64,000 nucleotides of DNA from a virus. Shown in pieces: positions 40,105-50,443 of this stretch. Both the position numbers and the translations under genes were made by a program. How positions within the stretch are numbered: position 1 is the first letter of the stretch; each line of letters opens with the position of its first letter. The notes under the pieces are model-generated. The model was not told where the DNA came from, searched no databases, and worked only from the letters and a program-made list of their open reading frames with translations. The stretch is from the IMG/VR virus record IMGVR_UViG_3300036790_000500, positions 1 to 64,000 of that record. One strand, given 5' to 3'.

Positions 40105-41134
40105 CGGCAAGGTCCTCGTCATCTCCACTCGAGAGGGCAGTGACTTCTCGATGGACCTGGTCTACGCGGGGCTCTGTCGGCGCTTTGGGTTCGACCGGGT
40201 AGTTGATTATCCGGCCCACGCCAAGCACCGCCGGGGTCGGCCCGTCCTAACGGGAGACCCAGAGCGGGACTACGGCCTCGAGCGGGGGTCCCTTTGCTAC
40301 GTCTCCGGCTGCGAGGCCACCCCGGCCCACTCCCTTCAGGAGGTCGCCTCCATGGCGCTCGCCGGCGAGTTCGACTACGTCTTTCTCGACGAGACGGACG
40401 AGGCGTTCGTCCGCTTCATCTCCGTCTTCGCGACCGGTCATCGTCGTACTAGGGTCGTGGTTGTCGCGGGGCATGACCGATTTCGCGGGGACCCGGCCGC
40501 GGTCCAGATGCGCTTCGGCCAACGCCTGGCAGCCATGTTCATCGACGATTGGCTGCCCCAGTACGACGGCCTCCCACGCACGCACCTGATGAACCTCTCC
40601 ATCAACTTCGACCACCTCTGGACGTCGGACCGGCGGGACGAGTTCCTTGCGGACAAGCGGTATGACGTCTGTTTCGTGGGATACAACAGCCATCCGGTTC
40701 GGAAGTTGGTCGTCGACCACGTTCGGATGCGATGGGGTCACCTGAACAACCACATCGTCCTCGAGGAGCGTCCGGACACGTTCTCAGACTTCGTTCGTCA
40801 CGACCGGCTTTTCGAAACCATGGCGCGGTCCCGGGTCTGCCTCAACCTCCCCGGAGCCTCGACCGGCGGCCGGGCCCTTCGCTTCTATGAGACGCCTTAC
40901 GTCGGTTCGTTCATGCTCTCTGCCCGTTTTCCAGCAAAACTCATAGACCCTCCCGAGGAGGACCGCCATTGCGCCTTCTTCGATTCCCTGGCCGAGTTGG
41001 ACCGCAACATCGGTTGGGCCTTGGAAGAGGAGTTGACCCGTGAGATGATGGCCGCTGAGTGCCATGACCTCTTCCTGAGGAAGCATTCGGTTGACGCGCG
41101 AATGGACTACGTCTTCAACATCCTTGAAGGGTGA
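40091..41134 (+). CDS. glycosyltransferase (CgeB-like GT-B)
   Basis: YDVCFVG...R, SRVCLN, RFYE. Confidence 0.75.
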   Translation: MSSASGKVLVISTREGSDFSMDLVYAGLCRRFGFDRVVDYPAHAKHRRGRPVLTGDPERDYGLERGSLCYVSGCEATPAHSLQEVASMALAGEFDYVFLDETDEAFVRFISVFATGHRRTRVVVVAGHDRFRGDPAAVQMRFGQRLAAMFIDDWLPQYDGLPRTHLMNLSINFDHLWTSDRRDEFLADKRYDVCFVGYNSHPVRKLVVDHVRMRWGHLNNHIVLEERPDTFSDFVRHDRLFETMARSRVCLNLPGASTGGRALRFYETPYVGSFMLSARFPAKLIDPPEEDRHCAFFDSLAELDRNIGWALEEELTREMMAAECHDLFLRKHSVDARMDYVFNILEG

Positions 41135-41149
41135 TAGGATGGACCACAC

Positions 41150-42052
41150 GTGAGGGTCCTTTACGCGAAATGCTTCGGGCTGGGAAACGCTGTGATGAGC
41201 GTTCCAGCCATCAAGGCATTGGCCTCTGTCGCTAGGGGTCCGATTGACGTGCTCGTGGGTAGCACCCCCGACGACGGCGGGGCCCTCGAGGTCATGTTAG
41301 AACTGCAGAAGTACTATGACTGCGTCGGTGATGTCTTCGTCGACCGGGCCGGACTTGACGTCGTTTACGACGTAGCGGTGTTAGCCATTCCCTTCGACGG
41401 CCGCTGGTCGAACGGGACCCACTTTCGCGCTCAGTCCGTCGTGGACGCTCGGCCCAGGCCCGGTGACCCGAACGTCCTCGGCCTCAACTCATGGAAGAAA
41501 CATGAGATTGAGTACCAGATGGACAACGCTCGTGGGCTCGGATATAGCGGTCGCACCATGTCATCGTGCTTCACCCTCTCTCCCTGGAAATGTGATGAGG
41601 ACCTGGTCTATGTCGGCCTCGGCTTCAAGCGGGACCCGTCGGGGTTTTGGTCTAAGAAGCACTGGGGTAACGGTCGCTTCATTGGCTTCATGGAGTCTCT
41701 GAAGGAACTCAGGCCCCAGACGCGCTTCATCACCACCTGCGGCTCCGTGGACATGCCGGTGGTGACCGACGTGCATCGTGGTTTCCCGGAACTGAAAGCC
41801 GTCTTCGCTTCTATTAGGATGTCGTTCCCCGACGTGGCTCGGGCCGGCAGTTTCTTCGGAAACGACACAGGCATGGCCCATGTGGCGGCCTCGTTCGGTC
41901 GGCCGACGTACATGATGACGGCCTTTGAGGGCTCGGAGATAAAGAATCCCCCGGCCTGTCCGAGGTCGAAGTGCAACCCGTTTCACACCGTCGCCATGGA
42001 CCCCAAGGCCGTGGCGGCTGACTTCGCTGACTTCGTATGGGGGAAACAGTAG
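41150..42052 (+). CDS. GT9 heptosyltransferase-like
   Basis: GLGNAVM..P, KHW, GNDTGMAHVAAS. Confidence 0.85.
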   Translation: MRVLYAKCFGLGNAVMSVPAIKALASVARGPIDVLVGSTPDDGGALEVMLELQKYYDCVGDVFVDRAGLDVVYDVAVLAIPFDGRWSNGTHFRAQSVVDARPRPGDPNVLGLNSWKKHEIEYQMDNARGLGYSGRTMSSCFTLSPWKCDEDLVYVGLGFKRDPSGFWSKKHWGNGRFIGFMESLKELRPQTRFITTCGSVDMPVVTDVHRGFPELKAVFASIRMSFPDVARAGSFFGNDTGMAHVAASFGRPTYMMTAFEGSEIKNPPACPRSKCNPFHTVAMDPKAVAADFADFVWGKQ

Positions 42053-42703
42053 ATGCTCGACCAGTTGGGAAAGATGCTCCTGGCGTTCATAGAGATGGCC
42101 ACGCGTCCGGGGTTGGCGGAGGATACCCACGGAAACCTCTCGTGTCGTGACGTCAATCTCGACGATTGCATCCTCATCAAGCCCTCCGGAATTCCATATA
42201 TCCAGATTGAGCGGCCCGACGTTCGTCGGGTCCGGCTCTCCGACGGGTCGACGTTTCGGGAGGACGGATGCATTCCGTCCGTCGACACCCCTCATCACCT
42301 CAGTATCTATCGACGTTATCCTGACGTCAGTTCAATCTGTCACACTCACTCTCCGTATGCCACGGCCTGGGCCATCACAGGAAACACGATGCACGTTTGC
42401 TGCACGGAGCACGCGGACTACTTCGGACACAGAATACGCTGTCTACCGTTTGCCTCGTTGGACGTCTGGGGGGACCGGGTCTCTCTCTTGCCGGGGGAGC
42501 AGGCTGTCCTATTGGGACAGCACGGGGTCCTGGTCCTCTGTCGGGACCCCGACCCGAGGAAGGCCGTCGCCCTTGCCGCGGCCGTAGAAAGCATTGCCAA
42601 GAAGTATACCCTTGCGTCCTCGCTGTCAGACGTGCTATCAATCATGGACCACGACGAGGTCGAGAAGTGGCATGACCGGTACACGAATAGGTACGGCCAA
42701 TGA
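42053..42703 (+). CDS. class II aldolase / L-ribulose-5-phosphate 4-epimerase-like
   Basis: GNLS, IKPSG, PS.DT..H, HTHS..ATAWA, HG, YGQ end. Confidence 0.88.
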   Translation: MLDQLGKMLLAFIEMATRPGLAEDTHGNLSCRDVNLDDCILIKPSGIPYIQIERPDVRRVRLSDGSTFREDGCIPSVDTPHHLSIYRRYPDVSSICHTHSPYATAWAITGNTMHVCCTEHADYFGHRIRCLPFASLDVWGDRVSLLPGEQAVLLGQHGVLVLCRDPDPRKAVALAAAVESIAKKYTLASSLSDVLSIMDHDEVEKWHDRYTNRYGQ

Positions 42704-43164
42704 GCAAGTGGGTCCACGTCGCCAGCGACCACAACGGCAACGCCGCCCGGGCTTGGGTTCTAGACGTGCTTAAGACCATCCCGGACGTCACGTCGGTGAC
42801 GGACCACGGACCGACCGAGGCCGACGGAAAAGTCGACTATCCAGACTATTCAGAGAGGGTCTGCTTCGGCATCGATTTCTCCTCCAACCCCCTGACTTAC
42901 GGCATCCTCATCTGCGGCACCGGCACCGGCATGTGCATCACGGCCAATAAGCACTGGGGCATTCGAGCCGGGCTGGCGACGGACCGGGCCACCGCGTTGT
43001 TGATGCGTCAGCATAATGACTGCAACGTCCTGGTCATGGGGCAGTGGCGTAACTCCCTTAGTGAGATGGAGGAGATGGTGCGAACGTTCCTTGCAACGCC
43101 GTTCGGTGAGGGTCGTCATGCCGCTCGCGTGGATAAGGTTTGGCGGCTGGAGCGTCGTCCGTGA
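42700..43164 (+). CDS. rpiB: ribose-5-phosphate isomerase B
   Basis: SDH, DYPD, ICGTGTGM...ANK, HNDCN, GRH..RV. Confidence 0.92.
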   Translation: MSKWVHVASDHNGNAARAWVLDVLKTIPDVTSVTDHGPTEADGKVDYPDYSERVCFGIDFSSNPLTYGILICGTGTGMCITANKHWGIRAGLATDRATALLMRQHNDCNVLVMGQWRNSLSEMEEMVRTFLATPFGEGRHAARVDKVWRLERRP

Positions 43165-44048
43165 GACTCACCGTCATCGGCGACGCCATCGAGGACGAGG
43201 TCGTTGACCTCGAGGTCCTGCATGAGGGAGCCGAGGGCCAACCCACGTATCGAGAGGTTCGTCGACGTCTCATGGCCGGTGGGGCCGCGAACGTTGCTAA
43301 GCACTGCGCTCGTCTCGGGGCCCATGTTTACCTCGTTCACAGCGGAAAGCCGGAGACGTTCAAGGACGACCTCACGCTGCGAGAGTCGCTGCAAATCATG
43401 CAAAACTACGAGGTCGGTCAGGGGTCGGGTCCCCGTGCCGTCATTCGCAAGACGCGGTATTATTGCGGTGACAGGAAGGTGTTGAAGGTCAACCATCCAC
43501 CCGAGTGCGAGACGCAGGGGCCCGATGTCACCAGTCAAATGTTGCTCTATGGACACACTGATGCCGTGCTTGCCTGTGACAACGGTCACGGCTTCTTTAA
43601 CCAAGAGAATGCCCAAGAATTGGTCCGCCTGTGTGACCGCCGAAGCATTCCTTTGTTTGTAGACTGTCAGGCATCCAGCGGGAGTCCATGCTTCGAGCGA
43701 TGGTTTGGAGCCAACTCTGTCTTCGTTAACAAGGATGAGGCGGAGCACCTCGGGGCGGCGTGCTCTCGGTTTGAGAACGTTCACTATAAGTGCGGTTTTG
43801 CCGGTTCACGCCTCGTCAACCGGAGTACCCCTCCATATGTTCGCGAAGTATGCGGCGGATACTCGGTCAAGGTCGTTGATGCAGTCGGGGCCGGCGACGC
43901 CTACATGGCCGCCTGGGCTGTCCATGGAAACCTGAACCTCGCTAACGCCTGGGCGGCCCTCTCCTGTAAGCGAAGGGGAACCGAGTTGCCGGAACTCTCT
44001 GAGATTGGAGAAATAGATGCGTCTCTTGCTCGATACGGCGAACCTTGA
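43161..44048 (+). CDS. PfkB family sugar kinase (HldE kinase-like)
   Basis: VIGD...D, GGAANVA, DAVGAGD. Confidence 0.85.
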   Translation: MRLTVIGDAIEDEVVDLEVLHEGAEGQPTYREVRRRLMAGGAANVAKHCARLGAHVYLVHSGKPETFKDDLTLRESLQIMQNYEVGQGSGPRAVIRKTRYYCGDRKVLKVNHPPECETQGPDVTSQMLLYGHTDAVLACDNGHGFFNQENAQELVRLCDRRSIPLFVDCQASSGSPCFERWFGANSVFVNKDEAEHLGAACSRFENVHYKCGFAGSRLVNRSTPPYVREVCGGYSVKVVDAVGAGDAYMAAWAVHGNLNLANAWAALSCKRRGTELPELSEIGEIDASLARYGEP

Positions 44049-44682
44049 TGACGTCAAGCGCTTTGCACAGAATGATGCCATAGCCGGCGTTACCACTAAC
44101 CCGTCCCTTGTCGCGAGGGAGCAACGGGCCAACTACTTCTCACTCCTGCGTTCAATCGCTGACGTATTGGGACCGTCTCCGCATCTGAGTGTCGAGGTCA
44201 TTACCCTTGACCCGGACATAATGTTAAAGCAGGCGGACAGCCTCCATGAACTCATTCCTTGTGCGGCAATCAAGGTCCCAGTCCTCCCTGAAACGCTTCG
44301 GGTCATCACTCGTTTGCATGACATGAAGATAGCCGTGAATGCGACCGCCTGCTTCACAGCGCTTCAGGCAAAGATTGCTGAGGATGCGGGTGCGGACTTC
44401 GTCTCGTTTTTCTTCAATCGAATGATAGATGCAAAAAGCGGGCAGAGTAATCCACGTGAGCACGCTCTCGCTGAGATTTCGACATACAAGCATCGCTTCT
44501 GTAGACAGGCCAAGGTCATTTGCGGTAGCATCAGAGAGCCGCTCGACATTCAGGACTGCTGGGCAAACGGTGCAGACTTCGTGACGGCATCGGCCAAGGT
44601 TATCGACCGCGCCGTCACACACGTGAAGACGACCGAGAGCGTGCAGCAGTTTCAGAAGGACATCGAAGCATGGCTCGCATAA
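44017..44682 (+). CDS. tal: transaldolase (TalC/FSA family)
   Basis: LDTAN, GVTTNPSL, IKVP, VNAT. Confidence 0.9.
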   Translation: MRLLLDTANLDDVKRFAQNDAIAGVTTNPSLVAREQRANYFSLLRSIADVLGPSPHLSVEVITLDPDIMLKQADSLHELIPCAAIKVPVLPETLRVITRLHDMKIAVNATACFTALQAKIAEDAGADFVSFFFNRMIDAKSGQSNPREHALAEISTYKHRFCRQAKVICGSIREPLDIQDCWANGADFVTASAKVIDRAVTHVKTTESVQQFQKDIEAWLA

Positions 44683-45050
44683 GCAAGAGGACGCTGGCAG
44701 AGCGTCATATCCAGGCCCGCGGATGGGGCCGAGAGCATTGGATTGAGAACCTTCCAGAGTATTGCGGGAAGATACTCGTGATTGACCCGGGAAAGCGCGG
44801 CTCATTTCACTTCCATCAAAACAAGATGGAAACGATGCTGGTTATTAAGGGAGCAATGCGGCTCAGGCTGCTCGACACCGACACGGCAGAGGAGTACTTT
44901 CAGGTGCTTATAGAGAACGAAAGCATTCTGCTTAAGCCAGGCCAACCCCATCAGATAATCAACGATTACAGTGACGAGGAGTTGGTGGTCATCGAGTTCA
45001 GCACCATCCATGAGGAGACCGACAGTAAACGCATTCAGAAGGGGGACTGA
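44670..45050 (+). CDS. cupin-fold sugar isomerase
   Basis: RGWG.E.W, SFHFH..K.ET, PH, EFST. Confidence 0.85.
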   Translation: MARISKRTLAERHIQARGWGREHWIENLPEYCGKILVIDPGKRGSFHFHQNKMETMLVIKGAMRLRLLDTDTAEEYFQVLIENESILLKPGQPHQIINDYSDEELVVIEFSTIHEETDSKRIQKGD

Positions 45051-45053
45051 GGA

Positions 45054-45977
45054 ATGCGTTTCAATATGGTGGGAGCCTTTCTTCGCAACTTCCCGTTTGG
45101 GACGGAAATCGCCTTCGCGAAGGGCCTCGAGCGCCGCGGCCACACGGTCCATCGCATCGACCCGGGATATCCGAACCAGGTCTGGGACGATGACGCCGAC
45201 GCCACGATAGTCTTCAAGTGGATTGACCTCGGTCTGAAAGACGTCTACGAGCGGCTCGAACGCTGTGCCGGTCTGAAGGTCGTCTACCAGCCCGACGACG
45301 CCAGGTTTCCACACATCAAGGAGATGATAAGGGGGATGCGTGGCTTCTGTACGCACCTGCTGTCGTTCGATGACTACGGCGCGGAATACGCGTTGACCGT
45401 CGGATACCTCGATGCGGAGACGCTGCGAGTGACCGCCGATGATGAACTGTACTGTCCCGACTCGAATGTGGAGCGGGACATCGACGTTTCGTTCGTGGGT
45501 AGCCTGACCGCTGGCCCGAACCACGCCTCCCGCATGGAGATGTGTCGCCTGGTACAGGCCTGGGCGAACGCTAACGGTAAGACCACGTGGTTCGGGGAGA
45601 CGTACTTCAGCGTTCCCGGCTACCCCTCTCCACTCGACATCTACAGGCGCTCCAAGGTCGTTCTTAATCATGCGACGGACGTTGGTCAGCCGTTCGGATG
45701 GGGGCACGGTTTTCAGTGCAGACACTTTGAGGTGGGGATGGCCGGAGTGTTCCTGCTCTCGAACATGGTGTATGGGGAACGGTTTGAACTGCTCCATACC
45801 CAGTATGGAAACGAGACCCAGTTAATCAACAAGTTGGAAACATACCTCGGCACCGGTGGAGGGGTTCTCTTTGACCGAGAGGTCCTCGCAGGCTTCCATC
45901 GCAATAACATTCTTCGTGAACACATGCCGGAGCATCGCGCTGACCAGATAGTGAGTTTCGTCAAGAGGAACACGTGA
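45054..45977 (+). CDS. glycosyltransferase (CgeB-like GT-B)
   Basis: DVSFVGS...R, SKVVLN, RHFE. Confidence 0.78.
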   Translation: MRFNMVGAFLRNFPFGTEIAFAKGLERRGHTVHRIDPGYPNQVWDDDADATIVFKWIDLGLKDVYERLERCAGLKVVYQPDDARFPHIKEMIRGMRGFCTHLLSFDDYGAEYALTVGYLDAETLRVTADDELYCPDSNVERDIDVSFVGSLTAGPNHASRMEMCRLVQAWANANGKTTWFGETYFSVPGYPSPLDIYRRSKVVLNHATDVGQPFGWGHGFQCRHFEVGMAGVFLLSNMVYGERFELLHTQYGNETQLINKLETYLGTGGGVLFDREVLAGFHRNNILREHMPEHRADQIVSFVKRNT

Positions 45978-46606
45978 GGAACATCGCAGACACTGGGGTT
46001 GGTTGTAAACTGAATCTCGGTTGCGGGGACGACGTGCGAGAGGGACACGTTAACGTCGACTTTAGGCAGACCCATCCGAACGTCATCATCGCCGACCTCT
46101 CCAGGTTTCCCTGGCCGTTCGCTGATGCTTGCGCCTCACAGGTCCTGATGCTGGACTTTCTTGAGCATTTCCCATGGGCCCAGACGGCGCAGATACTACT
46201 TGAGTGCTATCGGGTGCTTGAGCCGAGTGGGGTCGTGGTGGTCCAGGTCCCGGACGCCCTTCATACGACCCGGGCCCTGACGCAACGGGGGCACTACCGC
46301 TGCAACCGATGTGGCGCGGGGTTCCATGACGGCGAGGTCACGGGCACACGACCTGGGTGCCCTGGGTGTGGACAGACCAGGGACGAGGTCTCCGAGGTCG
46401 CCATGCGAAGGTTCTACGGCGGTCAGGACTACCCGGGAAACTGGCATCAGACCTGTTTCACGGAGCAGATGTTGAGGTCGAAGGCCAAGGCCGCAGGCCT
46501 GGAGCAAATCGAGCGTGGAACACACGACGCTAAGGCCGGCGACGACGAACATTACTGGGCGAACTGGACGCTGCACATGACGTTCAGGAAGGGTGACTTG
46601 TGGTAG
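45974..46606 (+). CDS. SAM-dependent methyltransferase with CxxC...CxxC insertion
   Basis: LNLGCG, FLEH, ECYRVL..G...VP. Confidence 0.85.
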   Translation: MRNIADTGVGCKLNLGCGDDVREGHVNVDFRQTHPNVIIADLSRFPWPFADACASQVLMLDFLEHFPWAQTAQILLECYRVLEPSGVVVVQVPDALHTTRALTQRGHYRCNRCGAGFHDGEVTGTRPGCPGCGQTRDEVSEVAMRRFYGGQDYPGNWHQTCFTEQMLRSKAKAAGLEQIERGTHDAKAGDDEHYWANWTLHMTFRKGDLW

Positions 46607-47670
46607 AAGACCGCTCCCGAAACCTCCGCGTCGCCTTCGTCGGTCAGTCCCGCTCCCCTAACGACATGCCTGAGGGGTATTGGCCAACGTTCTTGAAGTT
46701 CCATATGGAACTCCCGTATTACTTTGCCATGAACGCTCCGATGGACGTGACCGTCACCACGACGGAGCCGGTCACGCACGAGTTCGAGAGCAATCTAGGC
46801 TCACTTCGCTGCATCACTGAGGATGAGTTCTGTGACAATCCGCAGACCGGGATGAACTACGACGTCGTCGTGCACTGGCGGAAGTGGTTCGAGTCCCTGT
46901 ACTGCATGGGCGGACGGAACGTCATCCTCTCCCAGGACCACTCGTACTCCCGTGACTGGTTGGAGACGGCCAAGGACGCCTATGTCGATGGCCTACTCGA
47001 CGGCGTCCTGGTCTTCCCGACTTGGCATCGACGCAACACGGAACGCGAACTGACCGGGGTCCTGCCCTCCAGCCGCCTCTACGAGGGTCTGACCTTCGGC
47101 GTGGACACCTCTGTCTATTACCCCATGGAGAAGGACCCCTTCCATCTCCTGTGGGCCTCCGACCCCGGCAGGGGCCTCGATGACTTCATCAACCCGTTCC
47201 TAAGGCTCTGGCAGCGCGACCGCCGGTTCCGCCTGACGGTGACCTATCCGGACTACGTGAGGCCCGAGGCAGTCGCTCGGTTCTCAAGTTTTCTATCGCA
47301 TCCGGCCGTTAGCCATCGGCCGAGACTACGCAACGGCCCTGAACTCTGGAACCTCTTCAACTCGGCCGGCTTCCTGCCGTATTCCTCCAATTTTCCAGAG
47401 CCGTCGAGCCGTTGCCATCGCCAGGCCATGGCCGCCGGCTGCTGCGTGCTCTATCCCCCGAACATGGGAACGCCGTCCGAGACCATCGAGAGCGGTTTGA
47501 CGGGAGTAATCGAGAGTCCTCGGCTCTGGTCTGACGTGATACCTACGCTTGTGAAAACCGGACAGTGGGAGGAACTCGGGCATAACGCTCGCGTGTTCGC
47601 TCACTCCGAGAGGTGGGCGGTCCAGGCCCAGCGTTTCTACGACTTCTTCTCCAGGGGACTCCAGCAGTGA
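46600..47670 (+). CDS. glycosyltransferase GT-B
   Basis: WASDPGRGL, YSSNFPE...QAMAAG. Confidence 0.8.
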   Translation: MVEDRSRNLRVAFVGQSRSPNDMPEGYWPTFLKFHMELPYYFAMNAPMDVTVTTTEPVTHEFESNLGSLRCITEDEFCDNPQTGMNYDVVVHWRKWFESLYCMGGRNVILSQDHSYSRDWLETAKDAYVDGLLDGVLVFPTWHRRNTERELTGVLPSSRLYEGLTFGVDTSVYYPMEKDPFHLLWASDPGRGLDDFINPFLRLWQRDRRFRLTVTYPDYVRPEAVARFSSFLSHPAVSHRPRLRNGPELWNLFNSAGFLPYSSNFPEPSSRCHRQAMAAGCCVLYPPNMGTPSETIESGLTGVIESPRLWSDVIPTLVKTGQWEELGHNARVFAHSERWAVQAQRFYDFFSRGLQQ

Positions 47671-48656
47671 TTGACATCCAAGCCGAGGACTTCGTCCAGG
47701 CATTCGACATGACCCAGGCCACGGTCGGCCAGGTCGGTTACGGCTTCATTGGAAACGCAGTCGTTGAGTTGTTTCGACCGCACTGTCAAGTTGCGGTTTA
47801 CGACAAGGCCGGCTACGGGGGCAAGGAGCGTCCACCCAATGTCACGCTTTGCGAGGACCTCGACGGCGTCGTGGCTAACGCTGAGGTCGTCTTCGTGGCC
47901 GTTCCGACCCCGATGAAGCCGTCGGGTGAGTGTCACACGGGCATCGTCGAAGCGGTGCTTCAAGACATCCAGAACTCCGCCGTTCGCATCGGTCGGGATG
48001 TGATGTCGTTCATCGTGGTCATCAAGAGCACGATGCCACCGGGCTTCACGGCGCGGATGCAGGAGAGGTACGCGCTCCGCATCCTCTTCTCTCCCGAGTT
48101 CCTGACGGAGGCGAACGCGGTCCAGGACTTTAAGAAGGCCAATCGCGTGATTCTCGGCGGTGAGGTAGAGGACGCTCGGGTCGTCTTCAAGTACTTCGAG
48201 GGAGTGTGGCCGGACCGCCAGCCGAACACTTGGATAAACGGCGAGGGAGGCCACCCAGACGGACCGGTACAGGTCATTCAATGCGACAGCACCGAGGCCG
48301 AGATGGTCAAGTTGTCGACTAACGTTCACCTGACGGCAAGGGTAATGGTCTCCAACGAACTCTATCAAATCTGTCAGAAACTGGGAATCGACTACGACAC
48401 CGTGCGACTGCTCACGCAACTTGACCGTCGCATCGGTCTCAGCCACATGAATGTGCCGGGTCCGGACGGTTCCCTGGGGTTCGGAGGCCATTGCTTCTGG
48501 AAAGACACACAGAGCCTTAAGTTCATTACGGAAAATCTGGGGACTCTCGGTCTATCTGGTCGCTCTATCTTTCACACTCTCGTTGAGAGAAATCTTGAAA
48601 TTCGTGAAGACCGTGACTGGGAAAAGCAACCCGGCAGGGCGGTCATCAATGAGTGA
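47667..48656 (+). CDS. UDP-glucose/GDP-mannose dehydrogenase (lacks C-terminal domain)
   Basis: GYGFIG, VPTP, IKST, PEFL, AEMVK, GFGGHCF.KD. Confidence 0.9.
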   Translation: MIDIQAEDFVQAFDMTQATVGQVGYGFIGNAVVELFRPHCQVAVYDKAGYGGKERPPNVTLCEDLDGVVANAEVVFVAVPTPMKPSGECHTGIVEAVLQDIQNSAVRIGRDVMSFIVVIKSTMPPGFTARMQERYALRILFSPEFLTEANAVQDFKKANRVILGGEVEDARVVFKYFEGVWPDRQPNTWINGEGGHPDGPVQVIQCDSTEAEMVKLSTNVHLTARVMVSNELYQICQKLGIDYDTVRLLTQLDRRIGLSHMNVPGPDGSLGFGGHCFWKDTQSLKFITENLGTLGLSGRSIFHTLVERNLEIREDRDWEKQPGRAVINE

Positions 48657-49122
48657 GCGGTTTACGATTAACCTCGATGAACTCGAGTTCAACGGAGAGG
48701 CTGGGCTGCTGACCAACGTTCGTGGCCGCTGCATCGTGGCCAACGGCTGCTTCGACATCATCCATCCCGGTCATCTCTCTCTCCTCGCTAGCCTCGACAC
48801 GCTGGCCTACCAGATGAAGTTGCGGCCCATCGTGGCCATGAACTCGGACGCTTCAGTTCGACGATTGAAGGGCGACGCCCGACCGATAGTCCCCCAGGAG
48901 AGCCGGTCCCTCCTCATCAACTCCCTGAAGTGGCCCCTGACGGTGGTCCTCTTTGACGAGGACACACCGCAACGGTTGATGGACGTGTTGCAGCCGGCCG
49001 CCGTTCTCAAGGGCTCCGAGTACCCGAAGGAAGCCGTGATACGATGGAGGGACAGCCAGGTCGTCACGGTGGACATGGTCCCCGGGTGGTCGACCTCAAG
49101 GATAGTCGGCGATACGAGGTAA
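48649..49122 (+). CDS. D-glycero-D-manno-heptose-1-phosphate adenylyltransferase (HldE C-domain-like)
   Basis: NGCFDIIHPGH, NSDASVRRLKG..RP, FDEDTP, KG..Y, STS. Confidence 0.9.
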   Translation: MSERFTINLDELEFNGEAGLLTNVRGRCIVANGCFDIIHPGHLSLLASLDTLAYQMKLRPIVAMNSDASVRRLKGDARPIVPQESRSLLINSLKWPLTVVLFDEDTPQRLMDVLQPAAVLKGSEYPKEAVIRWRDSQVVTVDMVPGWSTSRIVGDTR

Positions 49123-49123
49123 G

Positions 49124-50080
49124 TTGAAGAGGGTTCTGGTCATCGGGGACGTCATCAAGGACGTCTACACCGACTGCGTTTTTAGAAAGATGTGTCCGGA
49201 CGCGCCGACGGTCCCCGCGGCTCTCGTCGACCGAACTTCCTTCCGGCCCGGGGGTGCAGCGAACGTTGCCCTGAACATCGCCCAATTGGCACCCGGCGTC
49301 CACGTCGACCTAATCGGCGTCGTCGACGTGGACCTAAAGCGAACCATCGGAGCCATTTCTGAACAGATGGTTGCAATGGATTGGGCGGTCCTCGGGAGCC
49401 CCCTCGAGAAAAACCGTGTCTCCGTTGACGGTGAACTTCGGTTGCGTCTCGACGACCAGGGAAAACTAAACCCCTGGTACGGCAGCCACATCGCCCTCAA
49501 CCTGAGGGACTACCTCGGCTACGTCACTCCAGACCTCATAGTCTTGTCTGAGTACGCCGGAGGGACGGTGGATGACCAATCCCTGGACCTTCTGCTTGAG
49601 CATCGCTCGAGGCTCCTGGTGGACACTAAGCGGACGGACCTATCGGTCTTCGCCGTGGGGGGCCAGTCCACCCTGCTTTGCAAACTGAACCATGAGGAGT
49701 GGATGAACGTCGTCAAGACCGATTCGACCCCTGAAGGCCACTTCAAGTACCTCGTCGTGACGGAGGGTCGAGCCGGGTCCGTCCTCCGTCGAATGGAGCG
49801 GTTGCTCGCGTCCCAGACAGGGGTCACCGTTGCCCGACACATCACCCATACGCTTCGAGTCTCGGCCGTCATGGCCGAGACGGTTGACGTCTGTGGCTGC
49901 GGGGACACGTACCTAGCCGGCATGGTCGCATCGCTCCTGGACAACGCGGACCCGTACACCGCCATGCAGTTCGGTGCCGCCGCCGCGGCCACCGTCGTCA
50001 CGAAGCCTCGGGTCGCTGTGGCGGACCGCGCACTCACCCTGCAGATACTTGGAAGGACTCACGAAGATGAAACTCTCTAA
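49124..50080 (+). CDS. HldE/RfaE-like heptose-7-phosphate kinase (PfkB)
   Basis: VLVIGD, CPDAP.VP, PGGAANVALN, VDTK, DVCGCGDT. Confidence 0.85.
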   Translation: MKRVLVIGDVIKDVYTDCVFRKMCPDAPTVPAALVDRTSFRPGGAANVALNIAQLAPGVHVDLIGVVDVDLKRTIGAISEQMVAMDWAVLGSPLEKNRVSVDGELRLRLDDQGKLNPWYGSHIALNLRDYLGYVTPDLIVLSEYAGGTVDDQSLDLLLEHRSRLLVDTKRTDLSVFAVGGQSTLLCKLNHEEWMNVVKTDSTPEGHFKYLVVTEGRAGSVLRRMERLLASQTGVTVARHITHTLRVSAVMAETVDVCGCGDTYLAGMVASLLDNADPYTAMQFGAAAAATVVTKPRVAVADRALTLQILGRTHEDETL

Positions 50081-50240
50081 CGAAGCCCTGGTGTCAATCA
50101 TTGAGGCATTGCGTCTCGGTCTCACCGAAGGCGTGGACGTCTCCGAGTTGCTGAAGCGGCTCGACCTCGAACCAAACTCAGAGAACAGGCTCACACCAAT
50201 AAAACCAGTGAATGAGGTTTTCACGCTGAAAACGGAGTGA
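50067..50240 (+). CDS. small hypothetical protein
   Basis: AAGGA RBS. Confidence 0.65.
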   Translation: MKLSNEALVSIIEALRLGLTEGVDVSELLKRLDLEPNSENRLTPIKPVNEVFTLKTE

Positions 50241-50443
50241 CCGTGGCTCGCTTTGATTACGAGTGTCAGAAGTGTAAGAGGGTCGTTGAGATTGAGCGGT
50301 CGGTCCATGACGAGTCTGACGTTCTTTGCTGCGAGCCCGACTGCGGTGCGATACCGATGCTTCAACTGATTAGCAGGTCTACCTTCCACTTGAAGGGCCT
50401 CGGCTGGGCAGCCGAGGGATACTCGAAGAACGGAGTTGATTGA
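50237..50443 (+). CDS. FmdB-like zinc-ribbon protein
   Basis: DYECQKC...C..CG...F.LKG.GW..GY. Confidence 0.8.
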   Translation: MTVARFDYECQKCKRVVEIERSVHDESDVLCCEPDCGAIPMLQLISRSTFHLKGLGWAAEGYSKNGVD

